From a virus (taxonomy: Duplodnaviria; Caudoviricetes), in the IMG/VR virus record IMGVR_UViG_3300048625_000009, positions 1 through 60,533 of that record: a DNA stretch of 60,533 nt, one strand, 5' to 3'. Positions 35,892-46,600 of this stretch are shown piece after piece (the stretch's first letter is position 1; every line of letters begins with the position of its first letter). Under the pieces are notes generated by a model. It did not search any database, was not told the origin of the DNA, and saw nothing but the letters and a program-made list of their open reading frames with translations. The position numbers were made by a program, and so were the translations under genes.

Positions 35892-38467
35892 TAGAATTTT
35901 ATAACAGTTCTTAATGTAACTGTTTGGTCTGCTGTAGGCGTAAACGCTTGTTTGTTATCAATAAACAATATGTGGCCAGAATACTTATCCGCAGTAGGAG
36001 CAGTGACACCAGAAGCAGTAAATGTAGTACCTGTTGGGTTAATAAAAACTGTACCAACAGCTGGTGCCATATTATCTAGAGATTGTAACAACATACCAGT
36101 TGTAGTCAATGAAACTATACGGAAACGTCTTGCATTATCTCCTACAGTCAATAACATGTCCTGTTTAAATGCAGCAGTATCTACAAAACCTGTTACAACA
36201 TAACATGCAGACGCAAGCGCAGTTTTTAGGTTACCATACTGTCCAAACTGACGAGGGTTTTTAATAATACCGAGCTGGCGGAAATCATTGTTAACGCTAA
36301 AGCCTTGATTTGTATCTTTGGAGATATTAGTGTAGAACATTAATGTTCTCGCGAACATACCTGTAATTGGATCTTTACCATGTCCACCAAATGGTGCGCG
36401 AACCGCGCGAGCCTTTGCGCCGTAACCACCGCCAGAAATAGTTACAGTAGCCCAACGATAACCAGTTCCATATCCATCAACTACCAATTTTTTAATTGAT
36501 CCACCTTCAACAACAGCGTGTGCAGTAGCACCTACACCATCACCATCAATAGTAACTGTAGGCGCACCACCATACCCAAAGCCACCAGAGATAACTGGAT
36601 ATGCCATGATACGTCCATCGGGTGTTAACAGTTCAGTATTAGCCTGCATTGTGTTAATATCACCTGGACTCAAATCAGCTGTAATAGAAGCATTCGTTCC
36701 GTCACCCTGTACAGTTAAGTTAGCATATGTATAACCAACACCACCATTATCAATCTGAACACCAGTGATTTGTCCATTAGAAATAACTGGAATTAGTTTA
36801 GCTTCTGATTTTAGACCAACAAAATATCCTGTTGCTCCTGCGCCGCCAGAAACTGGTTGAATTTGAATATTTGGTAAAGTTGAGTAGCCAGAACCATACT
36901 TTAGCGCGACTGTTCCAGTAGCTGGTGAACCAACATAAGTTAATGTTGCAGTACCATTAACAACAGCACCAGATGTATGTGTTGGCGCAGTTCCGCTAGT
37001 AGTTCCTGCAGTTGTTACTGTGTATAAACGACTAGAATAGAAAATCTGCTCACCGACTGTATATGCTGTAGTAGCAGTCCATTGTGTTCCAAACTTTGCC
37101 GTTGGAATAGAAGTATATGATTGTCCAGCATCAGAAACATAAACTTTCTGTACGCCAGTTCCGTTCATAACTGCAGCACCTACGAATCCAGAACCACCAC
37201 CATTAGAAAGTGATACAGATGGAGCAGAAGTATAGCCAGAGCCTGGACTAGTCATGTTAATTTCTAGAACAGAACCGTTTAATGTAACACCAGTAACAGC
37301 ACCATCAGTTAAATTAACGGCACCAGTTACACGAGTACCAATATATTTTAATGCTGCTGTACCATTTGATACTATACCAGATTTATGACTTGGCGCAGGA
37401 GAAGCTAATGTACCTGATACAGTTGCTTCATATAGATTATTATTATATTCTACTTTTTGCCCAAGTAAAATACCAACACCATCTGTCCATGAGTTTGCGC
37501 CAGCAAAAGGAGGATCGATCGTGATTGTAGCACCAGAACTATATCCACTTCCAGGTGCTGAAATTTGAACGTTCTGTAACAATAGTGGATCAGATTCGCG
37601 ATATCCATCACCAGCAACTGAGATAGAAGCAAATGTATAATTCTGACCATTGTTTTCTAAAACTACGTTTAGAATCTCTCCGTTAGAATAGAACTGCGAA
37701 CGGATAGAGTTAACAACTGGCATATAAACGTCAGTTAAGAATTTATTACGCAAGGCAATTGGAATACTATACAAGTATTTCCACATATACCCGTCTGGCA
37801 TAATAACTGGGTCTACAACAGTACCGATTGGTTTGTAAGTAGAAATAGCATTGTTGTTATTGTCTAGACACTTGTATACGTTATACTCGTCTGTCATAAC
37901 AACACAGTTAATGTCTTCTAAACGCTGAGCGCCAGAATATGCGATAGCCACAGAAGCTGTAGCTGCAGCACCTTCTCCACCACCACCAGTAATTTCTACT
38001 GCAGGAACAGATGTATAACCTCTGCCACGAGAGACCATATCAATAGAAACAATAACACCATCTTGTAGTGTTGGAACGGCAATTGCACCAGAACCACCAC
38101 CACCAGAAATTGTGATAGAAGGTGGGTCTGAGTAACCATATCCACCTGTAATTAAGTTAATACCTTGAACTTCATCGCTGTACTGATCATCGTACATATC
38201 CCAGATTTGACCTGTAACCCAGTCTACGCGTGGGATAACGAACGCAACGTCTGTACTCTTAATTTCTTTAAGAGTGATCATTTCGTTACGTGTTTGTAAC
38301 TCATAATCAAAACTATCAATTGGATACGGAGGAGTTGTATCGTCCGTCCAACTAACAGTTCTTCCTAAGAAATAGTAGTAACGTGCATTTCGGTTCTGGA
38401 TCTCATCGTACAGAGCCTCTGCAATAGAGTTATGTAGAGGAGACTTCAGTAAAGAAGATGAGCTCAT
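35891..38467 (-). CDS. gp8: Baseplate wedge protein gp8 with many inserted domains
   Basis: YYFLGR..W, IPRVDW, YNVYKCLDN, DGYMWKYLY, GGHGKD and NDFRQLGIIKNP motifs. Confidence 0.88.
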   Translation of the reverse strand: MSSSSLLKSPLHNSIAEALYDEIQNRNARYYYFLGRTVSWTDDTTPPYPIDSFDYELQTRNEMITLKEIKSTDVAFVIPRVDWVTGQIWDMYDDQYSDEVQGINLITGGYGYSDPPSITISGGGGSGAIAVPTLQDGVIVSIDMVSRGRGYTSVPAVEITGGGGEGAAATASVAIAYSGAQRLEDINCVVMTDEYNVYKCLDNNNNAISTYKPIGTVVDPVIMPDGYMWKYLYSIPIALRNKFLTDVYMPVVNSIRSQFYSNGEILNVVLENNGQNYTFASISVAGDGYRESDPLLLQNVQISAPGSGYSSGATITIDPPFAGANSWTDGVGILLGQKVEYNNNLYEATVSGTLASPAPSHKSGIVSNGTAALKYIGTRVTGAVNLTDGAVTGVTLNGSVLEINMTSPGSGYTSAPSVSLSNGGGSGFVGAAVMNGTGVQKVYVSDAGQSYTSIPTAKFGTQWTATTAYTVGEQIFYSSRLYTVTTAGTTSGTAPTHTSGAVVNGTATLTYVGSPATGTVALKYGSGYSTLPNIQIQPVSGGAGATGYFVGLKSEAKLIPVISNGQITGVQIDNGGVGYTYANLTVQGDGTNASITADLSPGDINTMQANTELLTPDGRIMAYPVISGGFGYGGAPTVTIDGDGVGATAHAVVEGGSIKKLVVDGYGTGYRWATVTISGGGYGAKARAVRAPFGGHGKDPITGMFARTLMFYTNISKDTNQGFSVNNDFRQLGIIKNPRQFGQYGNLKTALASACYVVTGFVDTAAFKQDMLLTVGDNARRFRIVSLTTTGMLLQSLDNMAPAVGTVFINPTGTTFTASGVTAPTADKYSGHILFIDNKQAFTPTADQTVTLRTVIKF

Positions 38468-38483
38468 TGAATTTACCTAAAAA

Positions 38484-38936
38484 TTAGCTTACTGTAACAA
38501 CCCAAGTGATAGCGATAGAGTCGCCAGCAGCCTTGTTAACAACTGGGAAAGTTGTACGGCATAACATTGTACCAACTGAGTTTGCATTAAAAATGCCTGC
38601 TTCAGTAATAGCGCCAGTACCTGTACCAGCTGGGAAAGTAGCTGTAGCAGTAACTTGGTTAGATGAAGATGAGAAAGAAGCCAATGCTACACGACCAGCC
38701 TCAACACCTAGAGTAGTATTACCTACAGCTGGAGTTGCAGTACCAGTACCGATAGCCATATAACCCATAACTGTTGGGATAGCTGAACCCTGCATACGAG
38801 CAGCGATATAAGTCTTACCTGCAGAAACAACTAAGTTTTTAACTTTGTGTTCTTCTTTTACATTACCAGCTGCGTCCAATAGTTGGATCTTTACTTCACC
38901 TGTAGCTAGTAAGTCTTCTTGTTGTTGAAATTCCAT
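38484..38936 (-). CDS. Structural protein (baseplate / fibre attachment)
   Basis: KNLVVSAGK...MAIGTG...AITEAGIFNA...TWVVT pattern common in myophage tail genes. Confidence 0.7.
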   Translation of the reverse strand: MEFQQQEDLLATGEVKIQLLDAAGNVKEEHKVKNLVVSAGKTYIAARMQGSAIPTVMGYMAIGTGTATPAVGNTTLGVEAGRVALASFSSSSNQVTATATFPAGTGTGAITEAGIFNANSVGTMLCRTTFPVVNKAAGDSIAITWVVTVS

Positions 38937-38948
38937 ATAATTCTCCTG

Positions 38949-41156
38949 TTAGATTGTAATTGCCTCGCCGACGTATAACCCACTATCATTTAAGAAGAAG
39001 CCAGCCTCTCCGTATGGGTTAAGTTCAAGTAAACCGCCAGAGTCTACTGCTGCGGCATTATCGTCGCCACCATAGTATGTCGGATCTATGGTGGTCGTAT
39101 AAACAAATGCTGGTGTCGTTCTATTTAGGTCTGTAGGACTTGTTGCGTCAGTGTCTGACATAACAACTTGTTCTAGATCTTGGTCATTTCCATTATTTAA
39201 GTAGTGATTAGCTTCGAGTAATTTGCTAAAATCGAATACATCCGCACCAATTCTAGAAGCGCCACCAGCATATCCGATAGCCTGTTCAACCATTGTAGTG
39301 GTTTCATTATCATACGCTAAGTCATGATTTAAATGGGTTGCATCAAGTAGTTTAGTCTGATCGAAAAATGGAACGGTACGAGATCCATTAGTTCCCTCTG
39401 TATCTAAAGTGAATACAGATTCAGAATCTAGAGTAGTTCCATCATTAATAACGTGGTTTAAAGTTAATGCCTTTACAGTATCGAAATATGGCATCGTTCT
39501 TGTAGAGTCAGTTACATCTCCACCATCAGCTAAAGAAATAGTCTGTTGTTCTATATCACCATCATAATTTAGGTTAGTTCCATCGATCGGTTTTGCTAAT
39601 GTAAGATAAGGCATTGTTCTGGAACCATCCAGAGTCAATCCTAGTTCTTGCATTGTTACAAAGTGTCCTTCTACTACGCCCTCGAAGTTAGATGTCTGAT
39701 CATCAAAATATTTACCAAAATCTTTGATTTCAGTTAAGTTCGCAATAGTAATTTCATCTGGCACAGTAACTGCAAGGATCTTTACTAAAGACTCTAACTG
39801 CTCGCTGATATCAAATTCATTACGAATATCATACTCACCAAAGATGGCCATACCAGCAGGATGAATTAGATTCTTAACTGCAGTTTTATAAGAATCTAAT
39901 GCTTCATCGATCTTAATGACATAAGAGTATGCTTGATAATAACGACTATCTTGAATGAAAATAGCATCATCTAAGAAACCATCATTGTTAACATAATAAC
40001 CTGGATATTTTGCTAGTGGTCCTAGAGAACATTTAATGATCGCTGGATCATTATTCGTAACAGTAGAGTCTACGCTAGAGATACCAAACTCGCGCATAAC
40101 CAAACCAGCAAATGTTCCATCTAATGCGGGTCCACCAGTTTCTCCAACACCAGCCATGTTGTAGTCTGCTGTATTCAGTGTACCAGATTCAGCAAATCCA
40201 TCTAGTTTTTCACTAATGTTAAGAGTGGAGAGTATATGTCCTCCAGGCTGCACTGTATCAATACGTTGAATGACAGTACCAGCTGTACCAGAAACATCTT
40301 GTCCTGACTTAGCAGAAATTGTTGTAGTAAAATCTGTAGTGTAACCAACACCGTACTTAATGAATTGTCCCTGTGCGATACCACCATTGGAATCTACACG
40401 AGAAATTTTCATGATGGAACCATATCCATCAAAGTTTTTAATGTTGTATAGATCACCAACTTTAAAGCCAGATCCAGGTTTTTGAATCTCTAGCTGAGAA
40501 GTTGTAGCTAATATTTCACCAGTGAAATAGATACCAGCAACATCATCACGATAACGAAGTCTATCACCAACAGAGATATTACCAAAGAAGCGACGATCAA
40601 TGTAATATTCATAAACATTATCAGAAACTTTAACTACACGATCTACTTCGACCTCAACATACTGACGTCTATCAACTAAAACACGAATAATTCTGTTTGG
40701 TGTAACAACATCTACTAACTTACCAATAGGGTCATTTGGATGACCAGTAAGGACTCTGATGAATACAGAAACGTCTTGATTCCACTTACCGTCAGAAGCA
40801 CGCAGCATCTGTTTAGCTGGATATTCAACTGTAACTTCCTTGTTGAAAAGGATACGGAATAACAGCTTGAATGATGCTTCAGAACCTTTAGCACCATAAT
40901 GATCCTTGATGTGTTCCATCAAGAAACGAGGCTCTACCGTTGTATACGGTAACTTAGAAGCAAGTTCACTTTTAAAATGGCCAATGAAAGAATCTAATGT
41001 CTTATCGAGATCTCTTAAATTAGTTAAGTCTTGCTGTGTTGATTCAAGAAAGTTATAATACGCTTGCAAGAATGCTACAAACGTAGGATAATCTGACCTT
41101 ACGAATTCAGGTAGCTGGGACGCTACCAGAGATGATAACTTTGGCTTGGTAAGCAT
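38949..41156 (-). CDS. gp7: Baseplate wedge initiator gp7-like
   Basis: SQLPEFVRSDYPTFVAFLQAYY, KGSEASFKLLFRILF, IQDSRYYQAYSYVIK and HPAGM motifs; follows gp6. Confidence 0.8.
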   Translation of the reverse strand: MLTKPKLSSLVASQLPEFVRSDYPTFVAFLQAYYNFLESTQQDLTNLRDLDKTLDSFIGHFKSELASKLPYTTVEPRFLMEHIKDHYGAKGSEASFKLLFRILFNKEVTVEYPAKQMLRASDGKWNQDVSVFIRVLTGHPNDPIGKLVDVVTPNRIIRVLVDRRQYVEVEVDRVVKVSDNVYEYYIDRRFFGNISVGDRLRYRDDVAGIYFTGEILATTSQLEIQKPGSGFKVGDLYNIKNFDGYGSIMKISRVDSNGGIAQGQFIKYGVGYTTDFTTTISAKSGQDVSGTAGTVIQRIDTVQPGGHILSTLNISEKLDGFAESGTLNTADYNMAGVGETGGPALDGTFAGLVMREFGISSVDSTVTNNDPAIIKCSLGPLAKYPGYYVNNDGFLDDAIFIQDSRYYQAYSYVIKIDEALDSYKTAVKNLIHPAGMAIFGEYDIRNEFDISEQLESLVKILAVTVPDEITIANLTEIKDFGKYFDDQTSNFEGVVEGHFVTMQELGLTLDGSRTMPYLTLAKPIDGTNLNYDGDIEQQTISLADGGDVTDSTRTMPYFDTVKALTLNHVINDGTTLDSESVFTLDTEGTNGSRTVPFFDQTKLLDATHLNHDLAYDNETTTMVEQAIGYAGGASRIGADVFDFSKLLEANHYLNNGNDQDLEQVVMSDTDATSPTDLNRTTPAFVYTTTIDPTYYGGDDNAAAVDSGGLLELNPYGEAGFFLNDSGLYVGEAITI

Positions 41157-42988
41157 TATGAGCGACTAGAAGTAAACTGATAATTGTATCCACCACGTAA
41201 ATCACCAGAAGCTGTCTTATCAGCAATAGCGGTAATCTTTAAGTGGTCATTTGCAATTTCTGCTACTTGAGTAAGAGCAGAAACTACGTCGTTAGATTGT
41301 GGGGCGATAGAAAGTTCAAAGTCAACATCAGCTAGAGCTGTAATGTGCAAGTTCTTAATATCAACGATACCCTTCGTATAATCAATAGTACCAATCTGGT
41401 CATTCACAATAACTTTTACAGCGTTTGTACCTAAACGATATAATCTAACATAACGAACACCATCATCATCCAAATAGTGTACTTGGTCAGAGCCAGCGAT
41501 ATAAAATCCTGTGCTGGAGAAAGACTCTTCGGCAACACCAGAGTAATAAATTGGGTTAATCATATTTAACAGATACTGAGCAGACACGTTATAACGCGGT
41601 GTCATTCTACGACGAAGTAATACTGTTGTAATGTTATTAACGATAGATGGATCAGTTTCATCAATAAGTTTACTTAACTTAGAGAAACGGAATACGCCAT
41701 CGAATGTTTGCAGGTCAGAATCATTATACGAAATAACAGTCTGACGTACTAGGGTTGCTATCTCTGCTGCAGTCTTTGTAGTATCCTGTTCATTATAATA
41801 AACAGTAACATTAAGGGCGATGTTAATGTATTCTGGATCTACAATCTCAGGAATAACAGAAACGACGTTACGGTTGCTAAGAATAGATGAAGTGATAGCA
41901 GCTTTTTGAACAGTAGTCAGTTTAGTTGCGTCTTTTGGTTTGATGCAAATGAATGTCTTACCGTATACTGGAGGGTTATTATCCTCACCACCCCACACAG
42001 AAACAGATTTTGCTTCTGGTACGTTAGCATAGATTAGGGCTTTGTAGTCATCTGGTGTCACTGCACGGTTTTGTGCAGCATAAAATTTTGGAGCATTAAA
42101 TCGAATAGAGTCATTCGATTCTTTATCTGCGCCAAGAGATGCCACACCTGTAGTTGTGACGCTAACTTGAGCGCCACCAAGGATAGTCGCGCCATTATAT
42201 GTGAACGCTCGAGCGCCGTTGGCAGCAGTTAAACTAGAAACAAAATAATCTAAATGTACCACGTTACCAGCATCAAGGGCACGACCGATATTACCATCGC
42301 CAAAATTGATCTCATATAGACCATCATCGATCTCTTTAACCCAATATGCTTTAGTGGTAGAAGTAACGTTAACAACTGTATCTGTATTACTCCAAGTTTC
42401 GTACATAGATGATGTAGAATTTTCTTGGATTCTAACTTTTAGAGTAGAGATGTCTACGTTAGCATTAGGAATAAGATAACGCATACCATCAGCAACTGTA
42501 TAGTTAAATGATAGTGGCTTACCTTCGATAATCTCTACATTCTGGAATGTATAACCACCAGCAGCAAGAGTTGCTGTCATAGACCCTGTGTTATAGAACG
42601 TATATTGAATTCCGTCAACCGTAGTAGTAAATCCTTGATATGCAGGCATTGTAACTGCAGTAGGAGAACTAGAACCAACAGAAACATTAACTGTAACGAT
42701 AGCTTTAGCACAAGTAGCAGAGCGTGGTGTATATCCAAGCATCTTAGAAAGTGAAACTACGCTGTTACGTTTGCGCGCTGAATCTAAAAACATCTCATTA
42801 ATCGCCATGTTATTATACAAAGCATTGTAGTGAGTGTTATATGCCAGAACGTCCAATAGAACAGACATAGCAGAACCTTCAAAGTCATAGTCTTGAAACT
42901 CTGACTGTCCTTTTAGAAAGTTCTTTAAGTTAGACTTGATGTTATCGAAGTCTAACTCTGTTACGTTGATTTTCTTATTATTTGCCAT
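41156..42988 (-). CDS. gp6: Baseplate wedge protein gp6
   Basis: LDFDNIKSNL...FQDYDFEGS..LLDVLAYNTHY and AQNRAVT..DY motifs. Confidence 0.95.
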   Translation of the reverse strand: MANNKKINVTELDFDNIKSNLKNFLKGQSEFQDYDFEGSAMSVLLDVLAYNTHYNALYNNMAINEMFLDSARKRNSVVSLSKMLGYTPRSATCAKAIVTVNVSVGSSSPTAVTMPAYQGFTTTVDGIQYTFYNTGSMTATLAAGGYTFQNVEIIEGKPLSFNYTVADGMRYLIPNANVDISTLKVRIQENSTSSMYETWSNTDTVVNVTSTTKAYWVKEIDDGLYEINFGDGNIGRALDAGNVVHLDYFVSSLTAANGARAFTYNGATILGGAQVSVTTTGVASLGADKESNDSIRFNAPKFYAAQNRAVTPDDYKALIYANVPEAKSVSVWGGEDNNPPVYGKTFICIKPKDATKLTTVQKAAITSSILSNRNVVSVIPEIVDPEYINIALNVTVYYNEQDTTKTAAEIATLVRQTVISYNDSDLQTFDGVFRFSKLSKLIDETDPSIVNNITTVLLRRRMTPRYNVSAQYLLNMINPIYYSGVAEESFSSTGFYIAGSDQVHYLDDDGVRYVRLYRLGTNAVKVIVNDQIGTIDYTKGIVDIKNLHITALADVDFELSIAPQSNDVVSALTQVAEIANDHLKITAIADKTASGDLRGGYNYQFTSSRS

Positions 42989-43380
42989 TATCGGGTTCTC
43001 TCTAGCACTAAATCAAGAGTCAGTGGTTGGTTTGTGTTTATAATTTGAAACTCTATAGTCACACTAACATCATATTCGTCTTCAGAAACAACTACAATAA
43101 CGTCCATTACTTGGACACGTGGTTCAAAGTTATCAATAGTGTCTATAATTGCTCTTCTGAGCATGACTTCGAGCATAGGTGTAACTGGCTCGAATAGTAA
43201 TCTTTTAATTGGGCTACCAATTTCGCTATGGAATGGTCGCTCATAGTTGGCAGTTAGAATCAAATTTTTAAGACTAGTCTTAACTGCATTCTCATCGAAC
43301 CTGCGTGATACATCACCTGTCACTGGATGTGGAGTGAAGTTAAAGTCTAAGTCGGAGAAGATTCTTGTATTTCTTGCCAT
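42988..43380 (-). CDS. gp25: Baseplate wedge protein gp25
   Basis: SDLDFNF..HP, AVKTSLKNLILT..YERPF and FEPRV motifs. Confidence 0.93.
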   Translation of the reverse strand: MARNTRIFSDLDFNFTPHPVTGDVSRRFDENAVKTSLKNLILTANYERPFHSEIGSPIKRLLFEPVTPMLEVMLRRAIIDTIDNFEPRVQVMDVIVVVSEDEYDVSVTIEFQIINTNQPLTLDLVLERTR

Positions 43381-43386
43381 ATTGTT

Positions 43387-43393
43387 TATTTAG
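43387..43393 (-). promoter_or_regulatory. Late promoter core CTAAATA upstream of gp25
   Basis: Intergenic tatttag. Confidence 0.55.
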
Positions 43394-43394
43394 G

Positions 43395-43688
43395 TTATTC
43401 TATGAAAGTCTTTGCATTTCCATCAGAAATTGCATCTCCGTCGGCAATTAAATCATCAACTCTTGCAGCTAGATGTCCTTCGAAATAAGTCTTTGCAGCG
43501 CCAGTCGAGATCTTTCGCTTAATGTCTGTATGTTGTGGAGATGGACCGTGATCATCAAACTGGTCGCCAATCACACCAATAATTTTCCCACCAACATAAC
43601 TTTTAGAGCACTGCATAACAGTAAGAGCAGATGGAGGATATCCATCCTGTCCCTTACTCATAGCTCCCTTATAAGTTACAGCTGTCAT
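43395..43688 (-). CDS. PAAR-type spike tip protein (gp5.4-like)
   Basis: 97 aa, immediately after gp5; GD..H, H and LAARVDD PAAR-like motifs. Confidence 0.8.
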   Translation of the reverse strand: MTAVTYKGAMSKGQDGYPPSALTVMQCSKSYVGGKIIGVIGDQFDDHGPSPQHTDIKRKISTGAAKTYFEGHLAARVDDLIADGDAISDGNAKTFIE

Positions 43689-46600
43689 ACCTTCTTAGCT
43701 TTTGGTGGGATTGAATCTAGTAAGATGAATCCAGATGGGATACCCTTGGCATCTCGTTTATAGACTGAATCATTTACCATAGTAAACGCCATCTTACGAT
43801 TCCCTTGTGGTTTGTAACCAGTATGAATCCAAACAGACTCTGGTGCGCGATACTCTAGAATCAATTGATCATATGTGATTAACTTTTCTAGTTGTTGGAT
43901 AAGAACGTATGTCTTATTGTTACGGTCTGGTAGCATCAAAGCGATATCGAAACAGTGACCTTTACAGTGATCAGAGAATGGTGACTCAGTTGGAACAACA
44001 CCCTTTAGGCGATAACCAGAAGAAATCTTCCATTGTTTGTTATAACCACCGATACCACCTGGAAGTGCCTCGAGATACGGCTCAAGAATGTTCTGAGCAG
44101 ACATCGCCAAGTTACATACAATTTCCTGAACTGTATAAACACGTTCTGGAGAATTTGGTCCATCTTTAAGCATTTGGTCGACCAACTTATGCTTACCATT
44201 CACACCACCATCCATACACATACCAAGAGTAAAGTTCTTAGAGATTGTGTAATCGTTAGTGAAGTTCTTAGTGCCGTAGATAATCTTACAGTCAACTGGA
44301 ACTTGTTTACCAGATCCACCAGATGGTGTACCAGCTTCTTCAGATGCAACTGGAGCTGGAGCATTAGGAACACCAGCGATAGCTTGAGCATTGGCAGCAG
44401 CACGTCCTTCTGGTGTATCGAAGTCTTCTGGAGTTTCATTTGCAGCAAGTTCCTCAGTCTTACGTTCTGGAGGAATTAGGTAAGGAACCACTGAGTTTAT
44501 TGGATCTCCAACTGGTGGTGGTGTTAATTCTACTGGAGATACATCTGTCGCGCTCGCAGCACCGTTACCAAATTGTCCTTCTGCGTAATCAGCAGATAGA
44601 GTTCCACCTGCGAGAAAGTCCATAGATCCAGCAGATTCTACATTAACAGTATTACCTTTAGTGCTTACAGCACCAGTACCCATCATAGTTAAGTCTGCGT
44701 CTGCTAAAACAGAAACATCATTAGCCTGAACTTTAAATGTTCCACCAGCTTTAACTAAAATATCACCACCTGCAGCAAGGTACATATCGTTGGCAACACC
44801 AACGTCTAAGTTGTTACCAACTCTGATAGTAGCATTCTGAGCGACTTCAATGTTAGCATCAGTTCGTGCAAATACGTTAAGGTTACCATCAACTGTAATG
44901 TTGCATTCACCTGAAACATGAATACATCCATTACGTTCCATCAAAGTGAAACTATCACCAACGATGTAGTTGATCACAGAACCATTCGGATCAATCTCTT
45001 GGTATGTTCCTGCTCTGTGGTATGTATGGATACGTTCTTGGCCAGGTGTATCGTCAAACTCTTGTACGTGACCAGATTCAGTTTCGAATACTTTGTTGTA
45101 TGGGTACTGAGCGCCAAAAGATGGCATTGGCTGATCCCATGAACCAGAACCATTAGCCTTTGGAATACCTTTAACGATATTCGCATCTTTTCTCTCAACA
45201 ATAGTTCCATCAATGATACCACGAGCGAGACGGTTAGTATCTGGTTCGTTCAAGTATTCTTTTAGTGGATACTTGTTATTTGGATCTCGGAAGCCTGTGT
45301 TGTCTGTTCCGCGCTTGATAGAATCAGCGGAAGGTCCAGGTGTTCCGTCAAAGTTAGCAGGTGGTGCAGCAACAGGAGCACCAGCATCTTTGTCAACTGC
45401 ATTACCAGCAGCTTGACCATAAAAATATTCGTAGTATGATGTTTTCTTCGCAGTAATGTCTGGTGAGTTAACACCGACAGCTTTTTTAGCAGCTAAGAAA
45501 TAACCTGGATGTTCTGTGGCTTTTACACTCTTTGATACTCGATCTTTGATATAGAGCGCAGCAACCATGGCAGAGACATTAATGTCTGTATCTAATGAGT
45601 CTGGATTATTGACAATATCAATATTCAATCCAGCTTCGTTGGCAAGTTTCTGATAGCGAGCATAGTTGGCTTTACCTGTCAGCTGGATAAACCCACGCCC
45701 AAAGTATTTACCGCCGTCATCGTCAGTCATGTTTCCTAAGAAACCCTTGCCGCGCTTTGTTGGACCATATGCCCATGAGAAGAATTGTGCGCGAGTAATA
45801 CCTTTCTTAGAGGCATCAGAGTATTTTGCGATATCTTCATCTGTCGCGAATGAATATATCTGCTTCATACGAGAAGCAGAATAATTGTATGATTCTAGCT
45901 GTGGAATCCAACGTGTCTCACCACCAGCAATACCCAGTAAGGCACACTTTTGTTCTTTAGTTGTCAGTCCAACTTTATCACAAGCCGCGATTAAAGCCTT
46001 GATACCAGCAGAAGACTTAGACGCATCTGGTGATTCTTTTGGTGGTGGAATGGTAGGAATAGAAGTATTAGTAGGTGTCTGCGCTGGTGCACCTTGTTGT
46101 GACTCTGCTGAACGAACTGGAGTGCCATCAGATGTTGTTACTGGCATGCCAGTGGCAGATGTTAGAACGCCTTCTAACTTACTTTGATTAACAGCTTCTA
46201 AGTTAGTCGCTGGATCTTTAAATGTAATAATGTTTTCAGCGTAACCAGTAACAGCTTCGCTAATAGTAATCTGATTCAGACTATCAATCGTAACAATAGT
46301 ACAGTTATCAGAAAGACCGAAACCAACAACCTTCATATTGGCTTTTAGACCAGATGTTAAATCTTTTCTTCCAGCCTCAGTATCAATAAACGTTAGCTGT
46401 TTACCTGTCGTTGGACCAGTGATAGTTCTTAGAACGATATCTCTAGTTTTTGTTACTGCGTCAAACGGTGTCGCGCTATCATCATCTTCAATAGACTTAG
46501 GTGCTGTTGGAATACCACCAATAGTACCAAGCATAATAGGTTGCTGTTGAGCACCATCAGCGAACATAATAATAACAGTGGAACCTTCAACTGGTCCAAT

